A DNA stretch of 64,000 nucleotides from contig OZ242220.1 of NCBI GenBank assembly GCA_965206745.1, positions 384,001 to 448,000 of the forward strand, written 5' to 3'. The position numbers and the translations under genes are program-made. Positions 1 through 7,918 of the stretch are shown here, piece after piece; positions within the stretch are counted from its first letter, which is position 1; every line of letters begins with the position of its first letter. The notes beneath the pieces were generated by a model that did no database searches, was not told where the DNA came from, and saw only the letters and a program-made list of their open reading frames with translations. Source of the stretch: Nitrosopumilus sp. (lineage in GTDB: Archaea; Thermoproteota; Nitrososphaeria; Nitrososphaerales; Nitrosopumilaceae).

Positions 1-110
1 GGGGATATGAGATAGCTGTGATTTTTTGGTCTCACAAAAAACCGCGTGGCTTTTGCTTAAAAGTATGGCAATCAAGAGGTAGAATTTGTTGGTACTAAAA
101 AAAGATGGTG

Positions 111-776
111 TCAGCACGCCATGTGCTGTACTGTTTTGGCTCTCCCAGATAGCATGTTGCAGATGGCAGCCATCGCGTGCACAGACACCATGATTGCAAG
201 GATTGTGTATGCTCCCCCGAGGAGGACTGATCCGATGCCAACTATTACGCCATACGATGCGGCATAGAGAATCCATGTCTTTTTCATCCCCACCCTCTTG
301 TACATGACGGAGATTATGACGTTGCGCTCCTGCCTTGGGAATCTCCCTGACCTTACTGTACTGATCACGTCAAATGAGAGGGCAGCCACATAGAGGGGTA
401 CCATGACGTGCAGTGCAATCGCATCCTGGAGCAGCACCAGCAGCGCTGCAAGCGCAACAGATGCCACTACTACATACAGTGTCCTGTCTAAAGAGAGGAC
501 TCCCAGCCCGACTGCAACCATGATCACCCCGACTATGGGGAACCAGAATGCAAGCAGCCCTACGAATCCCTTGCCGATGAGATGGAACTGCCCGATGATC
601 TTTGTCGCATTTTTTGTAGCGTCATCGCCGGCAATATCGGCATAGTCTGTGGTGTCGTTTGCCACCATCGTTGCAAGCGTTCCACCTATCACTGCAAGGA
701 TCAATCCGACTACAAACACCAGCCCCATCGCCTTTGAGGCCTCGCCTATGTCGGCCTTGCCGAGTTTCTCTAACAT
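111..776 (-). CDS. Multi-pass membrane protein; N-terminal hydrophobic hairpin (pilin/spindle-virus capsid-like), C-terminal DUF5658-like segment
   Basis: Two long hydrophobic helices flanking a polar linker with NDT/NAT sequons; D-x-x-S-T...E-R-N motif in the C-terminal half. Confidence 0.5.
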   Translation of the reverse strand: MLEKLGKADIGEASKAMGLVFVVGLILAVIGGTLATMVANDTTDYADIAGDDATKNATKIIGQFHLIGKGFVGLLAFWFPIVGVIMVAVGLGVLSLDRTLYVVVASVALAALLVLLQDAIALHVMVPLYVAALSFDVISTVRSGRFPRQERNVIISVMYKRVGMKKTWILYAASYGVIVGIGSVLLGGAYTILAIMVSVHAMAAICNMLSGRAKTVQHMAC

Positions 777-825
777 GGCAAATCGTATAAAATTCGGATT
801 TAAGTAAAATTATCTGATACATTCT

Positions 826-1329
826 GTGTTAATAATAGATCTCGTCAATGTCGTGGCACGTGCCAGGATTGCAAGGGTGGATGTGGCAGACATATCATGC
901 AGGGTGCCGTGCAACTATGTCCCCTCCAGGTTTGCAGCACTGGTGATTCCCATCAAAAAGTCAAAGATGGTACACGTCAACTTGTATTCTTGCACCATCA
1001 CATCCACCGGTGCAAACAGTACCGATGATGCGATATCTGCAATATGGGATGCAGTAGGGATCATCGAAGAGTCCGGAGAATACCTAAAGTTTCTTAAACC
1101 TCCAAGTATTAGCAGCATCACTGCCGTGGTATATCCGACAGACGAGAAAATGATACCTATAGTACCTGCAGACGCGCAGAAGGTGCCGTTCTTCTCCTCG
1201 CATTGCAAGATAAGGGATCCCCTTAACAATGCGACCCTGATGATTGCAAAGTCAGGCAGGGTGACGATAACAGGCGCCACCTCGCTTCATGATGTGATTG
1301 CAGCAGCCAAGAGGCTTTTTGGCATTTGA
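826..1329 (+). CDS. Divergent TATA-box-binding protein (TBP) homolog
   Basis: Two TBP-like repeats: VNVVA...YVPSRFAALV...TITSTGANSTDDAISAI and ...ATLMIAKSGRVTITGATSLHDVIAAAKRL, compared with canonical ENIVA...YEPEQFPGL...LIFSSGKIVCTGAKS; 167 aa. Confidence 0.8.
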   Translation: MLIIDLVNVVARARIARVDVADISCRVPCNYVPSRFAALVIPIKKSKMVHVNLYSCTITSTGANSTDDAISAIWDAVGIIEESGEYLKFLKPPSISSITAVVYPTDEKMIPIVPADAQKVPFFSSHCKIRDPLNNATLMIAKSGRVTITGATSLHDVIAAAKRLFGI

Positions 1330-1436
1330 TGTGTCTAATTCAAAGGCATCATGCTGATGCGAGACGAGTGATTCATCAACAGTACATTACAGGTGGAACT
1401 GACGACCCTTAACCCTGTTTTTTACTGCATGGTACA

Positions 1437-1838
1437 ATGCTGCTTGCAAACGAGAGCCTCCTGATGACGGTGGCATTTGTAGGACTTGCCGGAGTAATTG
1501 TCGTAATAATTGGAGACGACTATGGGGATACCATCCAGGCAATTAACAGCATGTCGGACTCTAGAAGTGCCGGGATTGCAGAATCAGTCGGCGTGCTTGA
1601 CGTGCAGAAGGGGGGTGACATAGCATACATCATACTCTCAAACCATTCCGAGGATGCAGTAATGCTCATCGGCTTTTGGGACGAGGACGGCGATGAGCTA
1701 GTATGCAGTGATTCGGGGGGCATGTTGGATGGGCTGCAGATACCTGCAGGTGGGACTGTCACGATATCATGTGCCATCAGCGGCACACACGTCATAGTCT
1801 CGACTGCAAACTATAACCTCATCCGCATCAAAACATGA
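1437..1838 (+). CDS. Archaeal type IV pilin-like protein
   Basis: N-terminal hydrophobic helix then beta-rich domain with ILSN, IPAGGTVTI and VSTANYN patterns typical of archaeal pilins. Confidence 0.55.
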   Translation: MLLANESLLMTVAFVGLAGVIVVIIGDDYGDTIQAINSMSDSRSAGIAESVGVLDVQKGGDIAYIILSNHSEDAVMLIGFWDEDGDELVCSDSGGMLDGLQIPAGGTVTISCAISGTHVIVSTANYNLIRIKT

Positions 1839-1955
1839 ATCAACATGACTCATCCGTTCTAATTGGGATGCCGCAGTTTAGAATCTGCCTCTGGCATCAC
1901 GATTCCCTGTACCCCAGTCCCCTCCCCTTTTATTCAAAAGAACCATGTCCTGCCA

Positions 1956-2444
1956 ATGGATTCAAAACCGATTGCCATAATACTTGGCATCGTCATCACT
2001 GTAGGCGCAATGGGCGCTGCCACAGTATATGCTGGAAACATCTTTTCTGGGACCAGCACCAGCACCGACCTGATTCCAAAGACAGTCGAGATCTTTTCAA
2101 TCGACAAGGATCACCTTGAGGCAAACGTCCAGCTTACAAATCAGGGAACAGGAACGCTGCAGAACATCAGGGGACAGGTGGAGGTCAACGGGCTGACAAA
2201 CCACACGCTGACTGTCAAGACATCCAGTGTGGGGCCATACAAGACCCTCGTGCTCTCCGGACCCATAAGGGACATAGAGTCGGCAGGAGCTACGGGCAAA
2301 GGCACGCTCATTGGAACTGCCACCTCACAGGACCAGGCAAGCCAGTGGGACATGTATCCTGGCCAGAGCGTGCTGCTAAGAATCACGGCAGAGACGACAT
2401 CTGGCGACAGCATAGAGAAGCTCCATGAGATAACAGTGAGATAG
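1956..2444 (+). CDS. Archaeal type IV pilin-like protein
   Basis: MDSKPIAIILGIVITVGAMGAATVYAG resembles a pilin N-helix; LTNQGTG and PGQSVLLRITAETTSG motifs. Start reassigned to ATG 1956, with a TTTTATT box about 25 nt upstream. Confidence 0.65.
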   Translation: MDSKPIAIILGIVITVGAMGAATVYAGNIFSGTSTSTDLIPKTVEIFSIDKDHLEANVQLTNQGTGTLQNIRGQVEVNGLTNHTLTVKTSSVGPYKTLVLSGPIRDIESAGATGKGTLIGTATSQDQASQWDMYPGQSVLLRITAETTSGDSIEKLHEITVR

Positions 2445-2458
2445 GCCCGGTCTCCAAC

Positions 2459-2472
2459 CCCCATTTTTTTTT
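2459..2472 (+). terminator. Archaeal oligo-T terminator after the pilin-like gene
   Basis: T9 run about 20 nt downstream of the stop codon. Confidence 0.45.
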
Positions 2473-2518
2473 AAAATCCCTGCCAGTCTCCTTTAATGTA
2501 AAAGGGATACCGTGCTTT

Positions 2519-3139
2519 GTGACGTTTGAAAAGTATTTTGTGGCAATAAGACACGAGTCCGAACTGATGACCCCGCTTGTGGAGAGTCCGCTTATGAACT
2601 TCAGCCTCAGGGAGATTGGATACCTCGGGGTCTTTGGACTCTCGGCAGTCTTTGCAGCAATCGGCTCGATACCGTCATTTTCTACTATCTTTACGTTCCC
2701 CCTCCTTGTCCTGGCACTGTTCAGGTGGCACGGGGAGATCCCCGAGATGTACCTGTACTTTATGGCAATGCCGTTCTTTGAGCCATCAAAAAAGAAGAGA
2801 CGCAAGGCAAAGCACCCGAGGTCGGAGGTTTCAGGGTATGGGGAGAGAATGCCCATTACGGGGGAGCAGGCAGTACGTGAGAGGATACAGAAGGTAAGGT
2901 TCTCCGATGAGATGACGCCCCTTGATATGACCCTTGAGATCGGAGGATCCCACGTACATGAGACAGTATCTGTATTCATCGATGATAGAAAGATAGTCTG
3001 CGACAGCACAAACGGGGCAGGCCAGATTGTAGTCAGCGTCATGCCGCAGAGGGGGCAGAGGCGGCTATCAATCAGAGACAGAGACGGCCACATCCTAATC
3101 TCAAAGACAGTACAGTTTGAGGGGGCAGGGCGCCAGTAG
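2519..3139 (+). CDS. PrgI/VirB3-like membrane protein
   Basis: FSLREIGYL followed by two TM helices and G-x-x-P-E; overlaps the start of the VirB6-like gene. Confidence 0.55.
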   Translation: MTFEKYFVAIRHESELMTPLVESPLMNFSLREIGYLGVFGLSAVFAAIGSIPSFSTIFTFPLLVLALFRWHGEIPEMYLYFMAMPFFEPSKKKRRKAKHPRSEVSGYGERMPITGEQAVRERIQKVRFSDEMTPLDMTLEIGGSHVHETVSVFIDDRKIVCDSTNGAGQIVVSVMPQRGQRRLSIRDRDGHILISKTVQFEGAGRQ

Positions 3140-4893
3140 TGAGGGATGCGTCGCAGAACAGAGTCCTGCGGTTTCTCTTTTCATACTCGGAGGCAGATCT
3201 TGGGATATCTGCTGTGATCCTGCTTGTCACCACAATAGGGATGACGGTAGCATTTATCATATTTGCAGCAGAGCAGACCAGACTGTTACAGCTGGAGTTT
3301 ATCAACGTGGGCTTTCACAATCCAAAGTTCTTTGAGGATGTCCGCGGCATTGCCGGATTCACCGAGGGCGCACTCTCGTACTCTGAGCCGACATCAAACT
3401 ATGTCACATACGAGCTGATGCGCCAGAACATATTTCCCATCGGTGCTATCCTTGTGTTTGTATACATCCTGATAAACGCGTGGGGCGAGGCATCTGGAAT
3501 ATTCAGGGGAGGTGCGACAAGGCAGATGTTCTTCAAGTTTCTGGGGGTGATGATACTGGTGATGGTCTTTGTTCCGGCATGGGATGTGGCAGCAGTAGGG
3601 ATAGAGAAATTCTCAATATCAATGCTAAACCCGATGTACTCCCATGATGCACAAGACAACTGCGTGGAGAGGCCAGATGCCGTACTGCTGCTGGTAGCAG
3701 AGCAGAACCAGAGGATACACCAGAGACTCGACCAGTCGACACTCGGATTCAATGACTGGGATATGTGCCATCCGCAGCTGAGAATCGCATACGTATACCA
3801 AAAGGCATTCTCCGGTGCGACAAGTGAGATTGACCAGAACGTGATAGGCTTTGAGAGGATACTGTCTGACTTTGCCAATCTGGGCGAGATAATCGGTTCG
3901 ACGATATTTCTTGGCATGACCAAGACCATGCTGCTCTTCTCTGTAACCCTGATAGGACTCATAGTAATGACCATCCGCGAGCTGCTCCTTGCACTGCTCA
4001 TATCGCTGCTGCCGATGTTCATACTGCTGGCATTTGTGCCAAAGGTCGGAGGCATCTTCTCAAGGCTGCTTGAAACCATTGTTCCGCTGCTGCTGATTCC
4101 TGTAATCACTGCTGCAGTCTTTCTGACGGGGGCAGGAATCCTCCTTGACATGGAGGACGAGTTTGTCCAGGCCAGGGCAGACGGCCATGAAAGGTTCACC
4201 TTCTGGATTGCCGCAATATCGCTACTGATTCTGGCAACTGGCATCCCGCTGCTGATGGCCCCGATACTCTCCGGCATTGCAAGTCAGGCCTCCTCAATGG
4301 TGGGTACTGCAGTACTGTCGGGGATAGTGGGGGCAATGAGTGTGGTGAAAGGCGGTGCTGCAGGAACCGCAGCAGGAATCAGGGGTGTCTCTGAATCCGG
4401 ATCCGGATTTATCAGCAGGGCAGGAATGGCCGGAGTGATAGGAGGACTGGGACATGGCACTGCAATGGGCGCCTCAGCGGGTCTGATGTCCGATGTGTCA
4501 ACAGGGGTATCGCACATGGCACCGGGCACCGGTCCTGCAGGCTCTCCGTTCTCGCAGCAGGGACGTGACTTTCTAAGGTTTGCAGGTACCGGTTCTGGGG
4601 GAGGATTTGATCCGCAGGAATCTGCAAGGCTGCGCGGCAACCTGGCAGTGGCACCTGACCCCGCAAGTGTCGTGCCTGCAATCCCTCCGATAGGCCAGGG
4701 CGGCAATTATGCCAGCATGCCTATTATACCGACAAACATCGGCTCGCCGGTACAGTATGCTGACACGACACCGAGAAGCAAGAGCGGGGAGGATGCGCTG
4801 CTTGATACCAATAGTCATATCCGGCCGATATTCAGGGAGAGGCCTGACCTGACAAATGCCGGAGACAAGAAAATCCTGAAAGGGGAAAAGTGA
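3139..4893 (+). CDS. VirB6/TrbL-like conjugative transfer membrane protein
   Basis: Multi-TM core with IRELLLALLISLLPMFILLAFVP motif followed by a Gly/Ala-rich tail, the TrbL/VirB6 architecture. Confidence 0.75.
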   Translation: MRDASQNRVLRFLFSYSEADLGISAVILLVTTIGMTVAFIIFAAEQTRLLQLEFINVGFHNPKFFEDVRGIAGFTEGALSYSEPTSNYVTYELMRQNIFPIGAILVFVYILINAWGEASGIFRGGATRQMFFKFLGVMILVMVFVPAWDVAAVGIEKFSISMLNPMYSHDAQDNCVERPDAVLLLVAEQNQRIHQRLDQSTLGFNDWDMCHPQLRIAYVYQKAFSGATSEIDQNVIGFERILSDFANLGEIIGSTIFLGMTKTMLLFSVTLIGLIVMTIRELLLALLISLLPMFILLAFVPKVGGIFSRLLETIVPLLLIPVITAAVFLTGAGILLDMEDEFVQARADGHERFTFWIAAISLLILATGIPLLMAPILSGIASQASSMVGTAVLSGIVGAMSVVKGGAAGTAAGIRGVSESGSGFISRAGMAGVIGGLGHGTAMGASAGLMSDVSTGVSHMAPGTGPAGSPFSQQGRDFLRFAGTGSGGGFDPQESARLRGNLAVAPDPASVVPAIPPIGQGGNYASMPIIPTNIGSPVQYADTTPRSKSGEDALLDTNSHIRPIFRERPDLTNAGDKKILKGEK

Positions 4894-4945
4894 TGTCTTG
4901 GATATGCAACTGCATGATGTGTCTTCACATCAGACCAGATGGCAA

Positions 4946-7135
4946 TCAGAGATGTTCCTTCTTTGTGATTGCAACATCATAGCTGGCAGTCTCTGCAAAT
5001 AACAGCCTCCTGATTCGCTCATTTAGTGGCAGGGGACTACCCCAAAACGAGTCACCTTCTGTCTGCAGGACAAACTCTTTCTCAGTTGCATATCCCAACG
5101 TACCTGCGTTTGTAATGACCAGGTCCGGCTCTACTGTCTCGTATCTTAGTGTCCTGTGCGTCCTCTTTTCATCTGCCATCTCCTTTGTAATGTTCTCATC
5201 ACTGATAGTGCACAGCAGAACCCACCATCCCCTCTTCTCGTTGTATACTGCCGGATACCCGTGCCTTATCCCCACTGCATCCTCTGAAAATACCGTTGCA
5301 CGATAGCCAAACTTTAGCTCGCATTTGTCAGGACCCATCACCTCCAAGCCGGCCTCTGAGATTCTAAAGTAGGGGTTTGTCGTAAACCACATGTGTCTTG
5401 ACTGGTCATGCCATGCATCAGCATAGGTGTCCTCCTCTGGAATCCCCTTCGGCTTGATGGCCCTCTCCAGCCTCGTCTTTGTGTTCTGTGACTCCATCTC
5501 TGCATCCCTTATCTCGTCGATGGCAGTCTTTTGGGAGCCAAAGTGTTCCCGCCGAAGCTCGAGTCTGCCCTCGTCGAGGCCCTCAATGACATGCTGCACC
5601 CACCCTCTGTCCGTGTGGTCAGTCCACTGGCTTGGTGGATTTGACTTGCACCATGTGTCATAGACGCGCCTTGCCCTCAGCTTTGCCTCCTGGCGTTGCT
5701 CCCGCTCAAAGGTCTTGGCGTACATTGGTCCGCTTTGGAACTTTTCAATATCCTCATATGCCGCATCCAGGGATGCAATGGCAGCAAGTATCAGGGAATA
5801 GTCCTTCTCTGATGCGATTCTTTTGGCCTCATCTGCACCCCATGGGCAGAATATCTCATCAGTCCATGCAAAGCTAAACCCGTCTGGAAGATCATCTAGT
5901 TCCTGTACTGTTATCTTTTCATTGATCTCCTTCTTGAACTGCTGCCACTCTACGAGGGACTGGGGTCTAAATGATTCAGGGACAGAACCGTTCCTTGCAA
6001 TCTCTTGTATGGTGTCAAATATGATGTACGGGTTGCAGCCATCCCTCACCCTCTGCGAATCCTCCTCCTGTAGGTTTTCAGTTACTATCTTCATGGCCTC
6101 TGCAAGCAGAGACTGATGCTCCATATTGTACTGCTCAAACCGCCTGCCGTACCGCAGTATGTCTTCTCTTATTTTTCTGTCCCTGCGTGTCAGGTCACCT
6201 GCAACCTCAAGTGGAATTCCTGTGCAGAGGCATGCAAGTACCACCCTTGCATCGCATTCCCCTATCTCCTTGGTGGTGGGACTGCCCCACCTTCTCTTTG
6301 CAAGTATTGCCAGATAGTCGTTGATGCGCTTGAAGGTGCCGTACTTGCCTGAATAGTATTGCGCATAGATCTCCTCTGGTGTCATCGAGCCGAACTCTTC
6401 TGTGTATGTTGCAAGTGTCCGTATCTCCTTTGCGCCCCCGTCTGAGTATGCCTTTGCTATACTAGTACAGACAGACTCTGCAGGCTCTGATTTTACCCTG
6501 ATCTCGATGCCGCGGTTTCTCCTCGATGACTCGTCATACCCATCCCTCCACGTCGGCTCAAAGTAGTGGATCCTCACTGTCCTGCCCCTGGAGTCATACG
6601 AGTCCAGAATATCCAGTGGCATCTCAAGACACAGCCCCCTATCAAACGTTACAAAGTATATTCCCAAATTAGTTATCAGCATCTGGCCCTTGCCAAACCT
6701 GCACTCCCCGTCATGGCGACTCATCAGGTGCTCACCTGCATGCATTGCCAAGTATCCCTCCATGTTTGGCCTGTTCTTTGGATGGTTCTTTTGTACTGCG
6801 ACAAGCAGCAGATTGGCAAGTCTTTTTGACTCTGTCCTCCCTGCTTTCCTCCTCTGCGTCCTGTCCGGAAATGATCTCCCCAAGTCCAGCCTAAAATCCT
6901 GATGGTATCTGCCATGGTACCTCCCCTGTTCTCCCTCCTTGGATTTTGGCGCCCTCCAGAATATCCTTACCGTGTCACGGGATACTGGAAATGCGCAGCG
7001 GATCACATCGAGATTGACTGTAAACACGTTCTTTTTATCATCATCAATCACAACCAGGGAGGAATCCTTGACGTAGAGCTCCTCGTTATCCCTGAGGTGT
7101 CCGCAGTACAGGGGCTGGCTGCTTGTCAGTACCAT
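4946..7135 (-). CDS. Hypothetical protein with two N-terminal PH/GRAM-like domains
   Basis: ELYVKDSSLVVI...FTVNLDVI and GQMLITNLGIYFV...LEMPLDIL match the PH-like G-x-L-x-I-T-N-x-R-I-x-F pattern; 729 aa. Confidence 0.55.
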   Translation of the reverse strand: MVLTSSQPLYCGHLRDNEELYVKDSSLVVIDDDKKNVFTVNLDVIRCAFPVSRDTVRIFWRAPKSKEGEQGRYHGRYHQDFRLDLGRSFPDRTQRRKAGRTESKRLANLLLVAVQKNHPKNRPNMEGYLAMHAGEHLMSRHDGECRFGKGQMLITNLGIYFVTFDRGLCLEMPLDILDSYDSRGRTVRIHYFEPTWRDGYDESSRRNRGIEIRVKSEPAESVCTSIAKAYSDGGAKEIRTLATYTEEFGSMTPEEIYAQYYSGKYGTFKRINDYLAILAKRRWGSPTTKEIGECDARVVLACLCTGIPLEVAGDLTRRDRKIREDILRYGRRFEQYNMEHQSLLAEAMKIVTENLQEEDSQRVRDGCNPYIIFDTIQEIARNGSVPESFRPQSLVEWQQFKKEINEKITVQELDDLPDGFSFAWTDEIFCPWGADEAKRIASEKDYSLILAAIASLDAAYEDIEKFQSGPMYAKTFEREQRQEAKLRARRVYDTWCKSNPPSQWTDHTDRGWVQHVIEGLDEGRLELRREHFGSQKTAIDEIRDAEMESQNTKTRLERAIKPKGIPEEDTYADAWHDQSRHMWFTTNPYFRISEAGLEVMGPDKCELKFGYRATVFSEDAVGIRHGYPAVYNEKRGWWVLLCTISDENITKEMADEKRTHRTLRYETVEPDLVITNAGTLGYATEKEFVLQTEGDSFWGSPLPLNERIRRLLFAETASYDVAITKKEHL

Positions 7136-7363
7136 GATTATGGTGTGCGGTGACTATTCTTTTTAAAGAAACAATCCCGTCTGGCAGAAATCAGTCCCTC
7201 AATAATCTCACATGATACACCTTGATTCGTGTACGACATCTTTGTGTAACATGTGCCAGCACGGATAAAAAAATATGCAAGTGATCCTTTCCCTACCAAG
7301 TGATGCACATGTGGCAGTAGTTGCTAAATGAGAAAATATATTGTATATCTCTATGATCCTTTT

Positions 7364-7699
7364 ATGGTTTTGAATCTAAAGAAGACTCTATTATTTACAT
7401 TAATGCCGCTTCAGGGAATCTTGTTGATATTGATAGGAGATGGAATAGCCCGCATCAGAGTACCTGATGAGATTGATCCTGTTTTTCAAATCTGGGTTTT
7501 TTTCAACTATGTCCCCTTGCTTGTTTCACGTCTAGCGTGGGCGCCATTTATTTTACAAGAGGACTGGCGTCAGTATGCGGATCCTGTGATTCTAATGTGG
7601 ATTGTAGGATCAAACCTGTTATTCTGGCTCCCAATCACGCATGTCTTGTATAACAAATTTCTCAAACCAAAGGACGTTGGGAATCCTAAGCCTGTCTGA
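7364..7699 (+). CDS. Small membrane protein, unknown function
   Basis: Three hydrophobic segments; ATG 7364 preferred because of an AT-rich box about 25 nt upstream. Confidence 0.55.
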   Translation: MVLNLKKTLLFTLMPLQGILLILIGDGIARIRVPDEIDPVFQIWVFFNYVPLLVSRLAWAPFILQEDWRQYADPVILMWIVGSNLLFWLPITHVLYNKFLKPKDVGNPKPV

Positions 7700-7768
7700 C
7701 TGTTTGGAGTGTATAGAGATGAGCCGGGAATATCTCCTGGCAATTACTCATGGTATCTAATGATGTTT

Positions 7769-7843
7769 TGGTGGACCGGGAGGGAATCGCACCCTCGACC
7801 TCCTCGTTGCGAACGAGGGATTATGCTCCTAAACCACCGGCCC
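7769..7843 (-). tRNA. tRNA-Ala(CGC), CCA encoded, atypical T and D loops
   Basis: Acceptor GGGCCGG/CCGGTCC with G3:U70; anticodon arm CCTCG-TT-CGC-AA-CGAGG; T arm GAGGG-TGCGATT-CCCTC. Confidence 0.9.
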
Positions 7844-7918
7844 ACAGAATACCTGTTTTGGCTGTTCTTTTATTCATTTTCTCAACGCATAATAGCCTGA
7901 ATTCCATAAAACCCACAG

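Larger units (their letters stand above)
1..7768. mobile_element. Right-hand part of a putative integrated conjugative-type element (ICE-like) at the 3' end of tRNA-Ala(CGC); left boundary outside window
   Basis: Only non-core genes here (VirB6/TrbL-like, PrgI/VirB3-like, pilin-like, divergent TBP). The tRNA 3' end points into the block and core genes resume right after the tRNA. Integrase, VirB4 and the second att copy are not visible. Confidence 0.65.
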
